The notes beneath the pieces were generated by a model. The model saw only the letters and a program-made list of their open reading frames with translations. It did no database searches and was not told the origin of the DNA. Shown piece by piece: positions 1 to 10,171 of a stretch of DNA of 64,000 bases (position 1 is the stretch's first letter; each line of letters opens with the position of its first letter). The DNA is taken from the NCBI GenBank assembly GCA_964291265.2, contig OZ219747.1, positions 2,208,001 through 2,272,000 on the forward strand, given 5' to 3'. The translations under genes were made by a program, and so were the position numbers. Origin of the DNA: Alphaproteobacteria bacterium (GTDB lineage Bacteria; Pseudomonadota; Alphaproteobacteria; SP197).

Positions 1-2
1 GG

Positions 3-194
3 GCCAGAGCGGCAACGAAGAGGACGCCCGGAGGTCATCCGGTGCACGGCTTCTCCACCCTCATCGGCGATCTCGCGACCATCACCCGCAACACCGTGGC
101 GCCCCGCCTTGCGGGCGCCGAACCCTTCCATGTCACCACGCGGCCCACGCCGCTCCAGAAAAAAGCCCTGGACGACCTCGGCGTGCGCCTGTAG
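3..194 (+). CDS. IS1634-family transposase, C-terminal part (runs off window start)
   Basis: Frame from nt 3 reads KRTPGGHPVHGFSTLIGDLATITRNTV...TTRPTPLQKKALDDLGVRL*, a typical IS1634 C-terminus. Confidence 0.75.
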   Translation, partial: ARAATKRTPGGHPVHGFSTLIGDLATITRNTVAPRLAGAEPFHVTTRPTPLQKKALDDLGVRL

Positions 195-297
195 CATTCC
201 CGCTAGCAACACACCCGATTCTCGCAAACGTCAATACACTCATGACCGTACGTCTGATCGATACTGGAATGCCCGGTGAGAAGCGCCAAGTTGAGGG

Positions 298-940
298 GGC
301 GACGATGGGGCTCAAGTCCAAGCGATCGTCGCGGCCGTGCCGGCGCATGACGTGTCCATCGAGTGGCACCCGGGAGGCGGCGCAATCATGAAGCGCAAGC
401 CGTCGGCGTTGCACGGCATCGACCTCAACCGCCGGGCGATCGACACCTTCCGCTGTGACGACCCGGTGGAACGTCACCGAGACTGCGCCCTTGCGTTTTC
501 TTGAGACCTTCGCCTTCCAGGGCCGCGAGATGGCCTGTTGCGACCTGTTTTGAGTGCAGTCGACGCGCCGGCCGCAGCGTTGCTGCCGCTTCGACTGCAC
601 GCCGGGCGACCATGTTGCGCTCCTTGACATCCTGACGTCGCTGCCCTGCCAGGTGATGATCTCCGGCTATCCCTCGCGGCTCTGCGCCACGCACCTCGCC
701 GGCTCGGCATTCGGCCGGGATCCAGGTCAACAACCAGGCCTGCGTTGCCACCGAGAAGCTGTGGTTCAACTTCGCACCGGGCCGGCCGCACGGGCACACT
801 GGCAGGAACGCGGTCGACCGCCAGCGCATCAGGCGCCTCGCAGAGAACCGTGCGCAGCGCACCCCTGCGAGGCCCGGGCGGGCGGCTCGCGGTGCTGGTG
901 GCGGTCATGGATCATGGAGGCGCCGTGATGGCGAGCGTGA
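298..940 (+). pseudogene. Degenerate N6-adenine DNA methyltransferase (copy of the MTase at 35507)
   Basis: DNA is colinear with 35530-35849 plus 38202-38533 (e.g. DHVALLDILTSLPCQVMISGYPSRL); multiple frameshifts, DPPY eroded. Confidence 0.85.
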
Positions 941-1625
941 AAGGCATGTTCCTGCGCCAGGCGTCAAAGGCTTTGCAGAAGCGGTTCCACGATCTCCGCA
1001 AGCGGGGCAAGGTCACCCCGGAGAGCGAGGAGCTCATCCGCAGCCTGCTGAGGCTGATAAAGCTGTTGTTGGCCGTGCTCATGGAGAAGACCACACGCAA
1101 GACGAGCCGGAACTCCGGTCTGCCGCCATCACAAGGACGAGAGCGCAAGGCGCACCGGAAGCAACGGCAGGGGGCCGAAGCCGAACCAGCAGACGGACGA
1201 CAACCGGCGCAAGACCACCGTCGAGGAGACGGTCGCCGTCGAGACCTGTGATACCTGCGGCGTCGACCCCGTCGACCGGGAACGCCGCGTCAATGCCGAG
1301 ATCAGGGAATGCCCGACGTGCCGCGCCCGTGCAGTACGGCGTTGGCATCCAGGCCCTTGTCATCCATCTTCTGTTCGTCCTCATGCCCATCCCTGCGCCG
1401 TGCCGTCGCGCTCGTGCAGGCGGTCTCCGGCGTCAGGCTCTCCGAGGCGATCTGCCTCGGCCATGTCCGGCGCCTTCACGATGCGCTCGCGTCATGGAAG
1501 GAGGCCGTCGTGGCGCATCTCCTGCAAGGCCCGGGCCTGCATGTCGACGAGACGGGCTTGCGGATCGACGGCAGGTCCCCATGGCTCCATGTCGTCACCG
1601 ACGGGACCCCGAGGTGCAAGGTTCC
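928..1625 (+). pseudogene. IS66-family transposase fragment (copy of 38521-39999)
   Basis: MASVKG...EKTTRKTSRNSGLPPSQ and LHVDETG...WLHVVTDG segments; frameshifts and internal deletions. Confidence 0.85.
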
Positions 1626-1629
1626 GCAC

Positions 1630-1974
1630 CAAGGAGCATGGGGCTTGCTTGCGGCGTCACAACTGGTTGTGACGGAATCGTCGGCCGGTGACCCTGTCGC
1701 CGCGCCCGCCGGCTCCGAGGCGCAGGGGAGCGTTGAACGTCTCGCCGTGAGCCCGGACATCGAACGCCTGGTGAGGGCGCTCTTCGAGCGCGGCGCGGTG
1801 TCGCCCATATCGTGATCGCCGCCAGGTAAACGGTGTCGTGTTGCTGGGGACCTGGAGTTTCCGCCATGTCGCCAATGCCGGGAGACGTGCTCGAATTGAT
1901 GACGCATGCATCCGGGCAGGGTACGATCCTCCGGCCATCCGTACGCTGATCGAGCTCCTGGGAGGCCGCCATGA
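1630..1974 (+). pseudogene. PIN-domain (VapC-like) toxin remnant
   Basis: Fragments SQLVVTESSAGDPVAA...ERLVRALFERGAV and TWSFRHVANA...AGYDPPAIRTLIELL resemble a PIN family with an LTWNxxHIANA motif; frameshifted, 5' end lost. Confidence 0.5.
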
Positions 1975-2171
1975 CGAAGCGTCTGCCTGACGCGATCATC
2001 GCCGAATTGTGGGCCGTGCGGGATGCCTGCACGGTCCGCCTCGATCATGACGTATCGGCGATGTTCCGCGACCTTCGTGCGAGGCAGGAGGCGTCCGATC
2101 GAGAGCACATCAGCTTGCCGCCCCGCCCGCCGCGTCAGACCGCCGCCGCATGGAATGAGCAGTGTCGTTGA
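1971..2171 (+). CDS. Small hypothetical protein, probable partner of the PIN gene
   Basis: 66 aa, GGAGG RBS, DAIIAELWAVRD...DVSAMFRDLRARQ; directly follows the PIN remnant. Confidence 0.55.
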   Translation: MTKRLPDAIIAELWAVRDACTVRLDHDVSAMFRDLRARQEASDREHISLPPRPPRQTAAAWNEQCR

Positions 2172-2598
2172 CCTGAAACGCGGGCGGACCGCCTTATCGT
2201 GTCGCCGGTGGGCGCTTGTCCGCTTCCGCACTGGATTCGCGGCCACAGGCGGTTCGCGGCGGACCCTGTTCAGGAGTCCATCCGGCATCCGAAGCCTCCG
2301 TCCTCTGCCCGTCAACGCACACGTCGACGGCCCGGTCGGACAGCCTCGTCCAGTCCTTGTATGACCCTGTCCACAACACGTACTTGGCGCCTGCCGTCTT
2401 CGACATGTGTCATCGCTGGAGACGGGGTTTTCCGCCAGGCACGAGGCAGCCACCGGGACGAGGTGAGCTCACAACGATTGTCCTTTACGGCAAGGTGTCT
2501 CAGGAAGAGCGTTCGGCAGCCGTCTGCGCCGTCTCGTGAGGTGGGAGCCCGATGCCGGGCGGACCTGCCGGGCGCCGCCGATTCGGGAGGGTGAGACC

Positions 2599-3342
2599 AT
2601 GCATGAAGCCGTGATCGGCGAGCTTCAGAAGCGCCTTGACGCGGTGGCGGATACCGCCAGGAAGGAGTGGTTCGAGGCCTATCTCAAGCATGTGATCGCC
2701 TATCGCGGGGTGCCGATGCCCGAGATCGTGCGCACCGTTTCCGCATGGCGAAGGGAATGCGGGCTCGATGGCCTTGCGAACGCCGATCAGCTCGATCTCG
2801 CCGTCTCGCTCATCGGCTGCGCTCTTGCCGAGGACAAGTTTGCCGGGATCGTCTACATCCAGAAGCACCTGGCAAGACATGTGTCTGCTGACCGGATCCT
2901 GGAAGAGGCCGAGGAGCTGTTCGCGAGGGGCGCCTTCTGCAACTGGGCGACAAGCGACGGCTTCAGCGCGCGCGTGCTCGCTCCACTGGTCCGTCGCGGA
3001 GGGAGCGGGGTGGCCCGACGAATAGCCGGCTGGCGCACCGCGGCCGACCTCTGGCAGCGCCGCGGTTCCATCGTGCCATTCAGGGCGGTGGTGGACGACC
3101 CGTCGTGCCACCCGCTCATCGCGGAGGTCATCGCGGTGCTGGCGAAGGAACGGGAGCGGTTCATCCAGACCGGGATCGGCTGGGTCGTCAGCGACATGGC
3201 GAAGGTTCATCCGGACATAGCGAAGTCCCTGGTGGAGCGGCACCTTGACGAGCTTTCGGCCGAGGTGATCCGGCGCCATACGCGGCATTTCCCGGATCAC
3301 GAACGGTTCAGGGAGATGAAGCGCAGGCAGGAACGCCGATAG
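2599..3342 (+). CDS. DNA alkylation repair protein (AlkD-like)
   Basis: YLK...YRGVPMP, NWATSD, WQRR, ERFIQTGIGW motifs; GGAGG RBS. Confidence 0.8.
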   Translation: MHEAVIGELQKRLDAVADTARKEWFEAYLKHVIAYRGVPMPEIVRTVSAWRRECGLDGLANADQLDLAVSLIGCALAEDKFAGIVYIQKHLARHVSADRILEEAEELFARGAFCNWATSDGFSARVLAPLVRRGGSGVARRIAGWRTAADLWQRRGSIVPFRAVVDDPSCHPLIAEVIAVLAKERERFIQTGIGWVVSDMAKVHPDIAKSLVERHLDELSAEVIRRHTRHFPDHERFREMKRRQERR

Positions 3343-3417
3343 CGCGTGAGAGTGACGGGCGTCGTCGGGCGGCGCATGATGGGATGTCAGGCGGTTGCAT
3401 GGGAGGAATGGTGAGGC

Positions 3418-5463
3418 ATGGTCAATCTCGTTGCCGAGGCTGAAGGGCTCGTCGTTCGCCGGTCATTCCCGCACCGCGTCCAGGTGATCGATCACCGATG
3501 GATTCCGCTCACGGACGGGACGAGGCTGGCGGCCCGGATATGGCTCCCTGACGATGCGGTGCGCCATCCCGTGCCGGCCATCATCGAGTACATCCCCTAT
3601 CGCCATCGCGACTTCACCCTGCCGCGCGACGAGATGATCCACCCATGGTTTGCCGGGCACGGCTACGCCGCCATCCGCCTCGACATCCGCGGGTCGGGAA
3701 ACTCCGAAGGGCGGCCCATGGATGAATACGTGGCCCGCGAACAAGACGACATGCTCGAAGCCCTTGCCTGGATCGCCTCGCAGGACTGGTGCACCGGCAC
3801 GTGCGGCATGATCGGCATCTCCTGGGGCGGTTTCAGCGCCCTGCAGACGGCCTTTCGCGGGCCGCCCGAACTCGGCGCCATCATCACGCTGTGTTCGACG
3901 GATGATCGCTATGCCGACGATGTCCACTATATGTCCGGCTGTCTGCTGCGCAACAACCTCGCCTGGGGCGGTCAGGCGTTCGCCTATGCGGCTCGTTCCC
4001 CCGATCCCGCCGTCGTCGGCGATGCCTGGAGATCCATGTGGCGCGAGCGTCTCGACAGCCTGCCCTTCTATGCCGCCGAGTGGCTGTCGCACCAGCGGCG
4101 CGACGCCTACTGGAAACACGGCTCCGTGGCCGAGGATTTCAGTGCCGTCCGCTGTCCGGTCTATGCCGTTTCAGGGTGGGCCGATGGTTACACCAACACC
4201 GTGCTGAAGCTCATGGCCGGGCTCCACGTTCCCCGCCGCTGTCTCATCGGCCCCTGGGCACACGCCTACCCGAACCTCGGTGTCCCCGGTCCCGCTGTCG
4301 GCTTTCTCCAGGACTGCCTGCGCTGGTGGGACCGCTGGCTCAAGGGGATCGACAACGGCATCGACCGCGAGCCCGCGGTGCGTCTGTGGCTGCAGGATCC
4401 GGCGCCGCCGGCAACGCACATGACAAGGCGCTCCGGACACTGGATCTCTATGGCGAACTGGCCGCCGGCAGCCGCCGGGGAGAGGACCTGGTGGCTTGAT
4501 GGCGGGGGAGGTCTGGAGAACGAACCCGGCGACGGCCTTGTGGAGGTGGCGACACCGCTTGTCACCGGCATGATGGCAGGCGAATGGAATCCTCATGGCA
4601 TCGGTCCGGAACTTCCCGGTGATCAGCGCATTGACGATGCCCGTTCCCGGTTGTTCCTGGCGCCGGGCGCCGGCGAGGACCTGGCGATTGTCGGGCGCCC
4701 GCGCCTGTGGCTGCGCCTGGCGTCCAGCAGGCCGACAGGCACCGTCGTCGCCCGCCTGGTGGGTGTGGCAGGCGATGGTTCGTCTGCTCTCATCACATGG
4801 GGGTGTCTCAACCTTGCTCACCGGAACGGACATGAAGACCCCGAGCCCATGGAACCAGGCGTCTTCACCGATGTCGTCGTCACCATGAATGCCATCGCCC
4901 AGGTCGTGCCGGCGGATTGGCGCCTGCGGCTGTCGCTGTCGTGCGGCAACTGGCCCCTGTTGTGGCCGGCGCCCGGATTGAGCCGATTGACAGTCGACTG
5001 CAGCGCCAGTCGTCTCGTTCTTCCGCTGCGAACCGGCGGGAAGGACGGCACCGCGCCGGCGGACTTCGAAGCGGCGGAAATCGCCCCGCGCCCCGACCTT
5101 GACTGGCTGCGGCCGTTCAGCCGGTCGCGCAGGTTCGTCACCGACGTCGAGACCGGCACGACGACCCTGGTGCTGGAAAAGGACGACGGAGCCTACAGGA
5201 TCAACAGCCACGGCCTCGTGGTCGAACAGGCGGGTACGGAGCGCCAGTCGATCACGGAGGGCGAACCGCTGTCCAGCCGCGGCGAGGTGCGCTGGAAACT
5301 GGGGTTGTCGAGAGGCGACTGGCAGACCTCCGTCGATGCCGTCACGACACTGGCCTGCGACGCCGCGACCTTCCTCGTCAGCGCGCAGATCACCGCCCGG
5401 GAAGGCAACGACATCGTCTTCTCGAGGCGCTTCGAGAGGACCGTCCCGAGGGACAATCTCTGA
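3418..5463 (+). CDS. CocE/NonD family hydrolase (peptidase S15)
   Basis: DGTRLAARIWLP, EYIPYR, DIRGSGNSEG, GISWGG nucleophile, IGPWAH. Confidence 0.92.
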   Translation: MVNLVAEAEGLVVRRSFPHRVQVIDHRWIPLTDGTRLAARIWLPDDAVRHPVPAIIEYIPYRHRDFTLPRDEMIHPWFAGHGYAAIRLDIRGSGNSEGRPMDEYVAREQDDMLEALAWIASQDWCTGTCGMIGISWGGFSALQTAFRGPPELGAIITLCSTDDRYADDVHYMSGCLLRNNLAWGGQAFAYAARSPDPAVVGDAWRSMWRERLDSLPFYAAEWLSHQRRDAYWKHGSVAEDFSAVRCPVYAVSGWADGYTNTVLKLMAGLHVPRRCLIGPWAHAYPNLGVPGPAVGFLQDCLRWWDRWLKGIDNGIDREPAVRLWLQDPAPPATHMTRRSGHWISMANWPPAAAGERTWWLDGGGGLENEPGDGLVEVATPLVTGMMAGEWNPHGIGPELPGDQRIDDARSRLFLAPGAGEDLAIVGRPRLWLRLASSRPTGTVVARLVGVAGDGSSALITWGCLNLAHRNGHEDPEPMEPGVFTDVVVTMNAIAQVVPADWRLRLSLSCGNWPLLWPAPGLSRLTVDCSASRLVLPLRTGGKDGTAPADFEAAEIAPRPDLDWLRPFSRSRRFVTDVETGTTTLVLEKDDGAYRINSHGLVVEQAGTERQSITEGEPLSSRGEVRWKLGLSRGDWQTSVDAVTTLACDAATFLVSAQITAREGNDIVFSRRFERTVPRDNL

Positions 5464-5464
5464 G

Positions 5465-5502
5465 GGTATCGGGGGCCGTCGCCTCCGGCGGTCCCCGATA
5501 CC
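5465..5502. terminator. Hairpin between convergent genes
   Basis: ggtatcgggg...ccccgatacc stem between stops at 5463 and 5514; no strong U-tract. Confidence 0.5.
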
Positions 5503-5513
5503 ATGAAACTGCG

Positions 5514-7118
5514 TCAGGCGTCGTCGAGCCAGACGTCCTCCCAGTACATCCAGCCGCCGAACCCGTGGGGGTGGCCCTTGAGGTCCTTCACCCGCGTGGC
5601 GTAGGCGTCGAGCCAGTTGGTGAAGACCGGCGTGATGGTCGAACCCTCATCGCGCATGATGATCTGTATCTCGCGGTAGAGCTCGCGGCGCAGGGTCTCG
5701 TCCACCGTCTTGCGGGCTTCGAGGACGAGGCTGTCGAACCTCTCGTGGGACCAGAAACTCTCGTTCCACGAACCGCCCGAGATGTAGGCGATGGCGAGCA
5801 TCAGGTCGGCGGTCGGCCGCCCGTACCAGCTCGAACCGCACCACGGCACCTTCATCCACACGGCGCTCCAGTACCCGTCGGCCGGCACCTTCCTGACGGT
5901 CACGTTGGCGCCCGCCTCGTTCATCAGTTCGGCCATGACGATACTGGCATTGGCGCCGCCGAAATTGTCATCCGAGGCATGGAGTTCGAAGGCGGCATTC
6001 TCCATGCCGGCTGCCTTGAGATGCCAGGCCACCTTGTCCGGGTCCCGTTCCAGGGCCTCGACGTCGGGGGCGAAGAAGGGATCGTGCTGCGGGATCGGGT
6101 GGTCGCGGCCGACCGTTCCGAGTCCGCCCCATCCGAGCTGCAGCATGCGTTCGCGGTCGACGGCGTGCTTGAGCGCCAGACGCACGTTGTTGTCGGTGTA
6201 GGGCGGCGTGTCGGCCCGCATGGGATAGGTCGGGTGGGCCCCGCCCGGCTGGTTCAGCACCTCGGCGTTGTCGGCCTCGTCGACGGAGGAGATGAGCTGG
6301 GGATCCAGCCCGATCATGATGTCGATCTCGTCCGACAGCAGCGCGTTCACCCGGGCCGAATTGTCCGGAATGCCGAAGCTCTCGATCTCGTCGACATAGG
6401 GGCGCCCGGTGCGGTGATAGTTGGGGTGGCGTTCGAAGACGGCGACGATCCCCGGGTCGAACTCCTTCACCATCCAGGGGCCGGTGCCGACGGCCGCGCC
6501 ACGGGCATAGCTGTCGTCGTCGGCGCCTTCAGGCTGGGCCGTGAAGTGGTACTCCGTCAGGAGATAGGGAACGTCCGCGTTCGGCGCCTTCATGCTGAAG
6601 ACGACGTGACCGGGGCCGTCGGCCGTGATGGACTCGACATCGCCGAGATAGGCGTTGGCCGGGGACCCGCCCTCGGGGTCGAGGTGGCGGTTGAAGGAAT
6701 AGGCGACATCGGCGGCGGTCATCGTCTTGCCGTTGTGGAACTCGACGCCTTCCAGGAGTTCCATGGTCCACCGGGTGGCATCGTCGTTCGGTTCCCAGCC
6801 TGTCGCGAGGTTGCCGACGAGTCCCTCGCCGGGGATGAAGTCGATCAGCCGGTTGTAGAGCAGGCCGGAACGGCCGATGTCGCTGCTGGCGACGATCTTC
6901 GTCGGATCAAGGGTATCGCCGGCGCTGCTGGTGGTGAACCCGGCCCGCAGCCTGCCGCCGGTGACGGGTTCATCCGCCTTTGCCTCGCTGATGGCGGAAT
7001 CGACGAATGCGGTCGCCGCGGCAGCCGACAGACCAAAGCCCATGAGGCCGTTCTGGAAATCGCGCCGAGAAACCCTGCCTTTCCGAAATTCCCTGATCAG
7101 GACATCCTTCCCTGTCAC
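5514..7118 (-). CDS. ABC transporter substrate-binding protein, family 5 (peptide/opine type)
   Basis: Tat-like SRRDF signal, GVEFHNGKTMTAADV, GTGPW, VRLALKHAVDR. Confidence 0.92.
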   Translation of the reverse strand: MTGKDVLIREFRKGRVSRRDFQNGLMGFGLSAAAATAFVDSAISEAKADEPVTGGRLRAGFTTSSAGDTLDPTKIVASSDIGRSGLLYNRLIDFIPGEGLVGNLATGWEPNDDATRWTMELLEGVEFHNGKTMTAADVAYSFNRHLDPEGGSPANAYLGDVESITADGPGHVVFSMKAPNADVPYLLTEYHFTAQPEGADDDSYARGAAVGTGPWMVKEFDPGIVAVFERHPNYHRTGRPYVDEIESFGIPDNSARVNALLSDEIDIMIGLDPQLISSVDEADNAEVLNQPGGAHPTYPMRADTPPYTDNNVRLALKHAVDRERMLQLGWGGLGTVGRDHPIPQHDPFFAPDVEALERDPDKVAWHLKAAGMENAAFELHASDDNFGGANASIVMAELMNEAGANVTVRKVPADGYWSAVWMKVPWCGSSWYGRPTADLMLAIAYISGGSWNESFWSHERFDSLVLEARKTVDETLRRELYREIQIIMRDEGSTITPVFTNWLDAYATRVKDLKGHPHGFGGWMYWEDVWLDDA

Positions 7119-7284
7119 TGGATCATCCTCCCCCTCGTTGTGGTGACAACCGAGCGAAGTTTAGGGGAACGGGCCCTGCCATGGCAATGCGGTCTTTCGG
7201 GGACGGCCGGCTCCCGGAGGGCCGTTGCTTGTCCCACGAGGGACCTCGGCCTATTGTCGCCAAGGCGCCCCGCTTGACGTCAGG

Positions 7285-8355
7285 ATGTTCATGAAGCTTA
7301 TCCGCGACTGGTTCCACGACACGTTTTCGGATCGTCAGGTCCTGATTCTCACGGTCATTCTGTTGATCGCCGTGGCGGGAATGGTGTTCATCGCGGACAT
7401 GCTGGCGCCATTGATCGCCGCCTTCATCATCGCCTTCATGCTTGATGGGCCGGTTCGCTGGCTGACCCGCAGGAACGTCAACCACGTCGCCGCTGTCAGT
7501 GTCGTGTTTGTCGGCTTCTTTGTGGCCGCGTTGCTCTTTCTTCTCGGACTGCTGCCGGTGCTGCTCCGCCAGATGGGCCAGTTTGTCGCCAGTGTTCCGG
7601 AGATGACCCAGGAACTCCAGGATCACCTCGTGGCGTTGCCGCAGCGCTATCCCGACATGATCTCCGAGGACCAGATCAGCGGTTTCATCAAGGAGATCGG
7701 CTCCGCCATTGTCGCGACGGTCTCGTCCCTGCCGTCCTTCGCCGGCGCTTCCGTGGTCGGACTGCTGACCGCGATCGTCTACCTCATACTCGTCCTGGTG
7801 CTGGTCTTCTTCATGATCAAGGACAAGCGAACGATCGTCGCGTGGCTGGTCACATTCCTGCCCCGCGACCGGGAACTGACGAGCACCGTGTGGAGCGAGA
7901 TCACGGCGCAGGTCTACAACTATATGCGCGGCAAGGTCTGGGAGATTCTCATTGTCGGCGTGGTGACCTACGTGGTGTTCGCGCTCCTTGGAGTCGAGTT
8001 TTCGATCCTGCTTGCCGTCATCACCGGACTGTCGGTGCTGATTCCCTATGTGGGCGCCGCCGCGGTGACGGTTCCTGTCGCCGTCATCGCCTTCCTTCAG
8101 TACGGCATGACCTGGAACTTCGGCTATGTGGTGATCGCCTACGGAATCATCCAGGCTCTCGACGGCAACATCCTGGCTCCTCTCCTGTTCAGCGAGGTGG
8201 TGAATCTCCATCCCGTCGCCATCATTGCCGCCATCCTTGTCTTCGGCGGGTTGTGGGGTCTGTGGGGTGTCTTCTTTGCCATTCCGCTGGCCACGGTGGT
8301 GCAGGCGGTGTTGCGCGCGTGGCCGCGCACCACGCCCTGGCGGCGCTCGGGCTGA
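7285..8355 (+). CDS. AI-2E family transporter (PerM-like)
   Basis: Multi-TM; LIPYVGA, IIQALDGNILAPLLFSEVVNLHP, WGVFFAIPLA. Confidence 0.9.
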   Translation: MFMKLIRDWFHDTFSDRQVLILTVILLIAVAGMVFIADMLAPLIAAFIIAFMLDGPVRWLTRRNVNHVAAVSVVFVGFFVAALLFLLGLLPVLLRQMGQFVASVPEMTQELQDHLVALPQRYPDMISEDQISGFIKEIGSAIVATVSSLPSFAGASVVGLLTAIVYLILVLVLVFFMIKDKRTIVAWLVTFLPRDRELTSTVWSEITAQVYNYMRGKVWEILIVGVVTYVVFALLGVEFSILLAVITGLSVLIPYVGAAAVTVPVAVIAFLQYGMTWNFGYVVIAYGIIQALDGNILAPLLFSEVVNLHPVAIIAAILVFGGLWGLWGVFFAIPLATVVQAVLRAWPRTTPWRRSG

Positions 8356-8360
8356 CAGGC

Positions 8361-9308
8361 ATGTTCAGGCTGATCATCAGACGACTGTTTCTTGGTCTTC
8401 TGACTCTCCTGGCCATCACCGTCCTGGTCTTTCTCGGCACGGAAATCCTCCCCGGGGATGTCGCCCAGGCGATCCTCGGACAATCGGCCACGCCGGAGAC
8501 CGTGGCCGCACTGCGCGAGAAACTCGGCCTCGGCGCTCCGCCCTGGGAACGCTACTTCACCTGGCTCGCCAACACTCTTGCCGGTGATCTCGGCAACTCG
8601 CTCGCCAACGGCGTCCCCGTCGACAGGATTATCGGCCAGCGTATCGTCAACACGATCAATCTCGCCCTCTACGCCACGGTCATTGCACTGCCCCTGTCGC
8701 TGCTTCTGGGCCTGCTGTCGGCGGCCTGGCCGGAGGGGACATTCGATCGCATGACCTCCTCGACCACCGTGTTCTTCATCTCGATCCCGGATTTCGTCAT
8801 CGCCATCATCCTCATCATCGTCTTCGCCCGTGAACTGGGCTGGTTTCCTTCAGTCGTGCACCGGCCGAGATGGGGCGATGTATCGGTGGCCCTGGGCCAG
8901 ACCTTCCTGCCCATGCTGACTCTCGTCCTCACCATCCTTGCCCACATCATCCGCATGACGCGCGCCGCGGTCCTCGACGTCCTCAAGCAGCCCTACATCG
9001 AGATGGCCTTGCTCAAGGGGGCCCCCAAGTCGCGCATCATCATCCGTCACGCCATTCCCAACGCACTGGGACCGATCGTCAACGTGGTGGCCCTCAATCT
9101 CGCTTACCTGGTGAGTGGCGTGGTGATCGTCGAAGTCATCTTCACCTACCCCGGGCTGGGCCGCCTCATGGTGGATTCCGTCGTCTTCCGTGACCTGCCT
9201 CTCATCCAGGTGGCCGCACTCGTGTTTTGTGGCTTCTATGTCGCTCTCAACATCACCGCCGATGTCATCGCCATCATGGCCAACCCGCGCCTGAGGTTTG
9301 CCAGGTGA
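8361..9308 (+). CDS. ABC transporter permease (DppB/OppB-like)
   Basis: PGDVAQAILG, GDLGNSL, HAIPNA, YPGLGRL, NPRLR. Confidence 0.9.
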   Translation: MFRLIIRRLFLGLLTLLAITVLVFLGTEILPGDVAQAILGQSATPETVAALREKLGLGAPPWERYFTWLANTLAGDLGNSLANGVPVDRIIGQRIVNTINLALYATVIALPLSLLLGLLSAAWPEGTFDRMTSSTTVFFISIPDFVIAIILIIVFARELGWFPSVVHRPRWGDVSVALGQTFLPMLTLVLTILAHIIRMTRAAVLDVLKQPYIEMALLKGAPKSRIIIRHAIPNALGPIVNVVALNLAYLVSGVVIVEVIFTYPGLGRLMVDSVVFRDLPLIQVAALVFCGFYVALNITADVIAIMANPRLRFAR

Positions 9309-10171
9309 CCGGATTCACGGGTCGTACCCGTTCAAGACGGGCCCGGCCGCGCCCCGACGGATGGGCCTGGGCAGGCATCGTCATTGTCTCGGCCGGCCTC
9401 CTTCTTGCGGTCGCCGGGCCGTTCCTGGCGCCCCACGAGGTCGGCGCCATCATCTCGGAATCCAATTTCGAGGCGCCCGGCATCAACACGATCCTGGGGA
9501 CCGATACGCTGGGCCGTGACATCCTGTCGCGTCTCCTCCATGGTGCCCGCCTGACGGTGGGTGTGGCGCTGGCCGCCACGGCGCTCGGCTTCCTCATCGG
9601 CTTGGCCGCCGGGTTCTCGGCGGCGGAGATCAAGGGTCGCTACGACGACGTCATGCTGTGGCTGGCGGACATGATGCTGTCCTTTCCGCCGCTGTTGCTG
9701 GCCCTGATCGTCATCGCCTCCCTTTCGTCGAGCCTGCCGGTTCTCATCTGCACGATCGCGGTGCTTCACGCCTCCCGCGTGGCCCGTGTCGGCCGTGCGG
9801 TGGCCATGAACGTCGCCGCCCTGGAGTTCGTCGAGGTGGCGCGGGCGAGGGGGGAGGGCCTGGCGTCCATCCTGGTGCGCGAGATCTGGCCTTCGACGAT
9901 TCGTCCCCTGGCCGTCGAGTTCGGACTGCGCCTGACCTACTCGATCCTCTTCCTGTCGAGCCTGAGTTTCCTCGGGCTGGGCATTCAGCCGCCGAACGCC
10001 GACTGGGGCTCCATGGTGAGGGAGAACCTGAACGCCCTGCAGACGGGCGCCTATCCTGCCGTGCTGCTGCCGGCTTTCTCCATCGCCATCCTGACGGTCG
10101 GGGTCAATCTCATCGTCGACTGGCTCGGAGCGCAGTCAGGTCGATCGATTTCCGAAGAGCTCACCGGATGA
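9305..10171 (+). CDS. ABC transporter permease (DppC/OppC-like)
   Basis: LGTDTLGRDILSRL, EFVEVARARGE, LSFLGLGIQPP; GTGA overlap with upstream permease. Confidence 0.9.
   Translation: MTGFTGRTRSRRARPRPDGWAWAGIVIVSAGLLLAVAGPFLAPHEVGAIISESNFEAPGINTILGTDTLGRDILSRLLHGARLTVGVALAATALGFLIGLAAGFSAAEIKGRYDDVMLWLADMMLSFPPLLLALIVIASLSSSLPVLICTIAVLHASRVARVGRAVAMNVAALEFVEVARARGEGLASILVREIWPSTIRPLAVEFGLRLTYSILFLSSLSFLGLGIQPPNADWGSMVRENLNALQTGAYPAVLLPAFSIAILTVGVNLIVDWLGAQSGRSISEELTG

Noticed and set aside
5565-7277. Long antisense ORFs (also 19054-20697, 25964-27601, 40870-42648, 43443-44813)
   Set aside because: High-GC shadows of well-supported genes on the opposite strand
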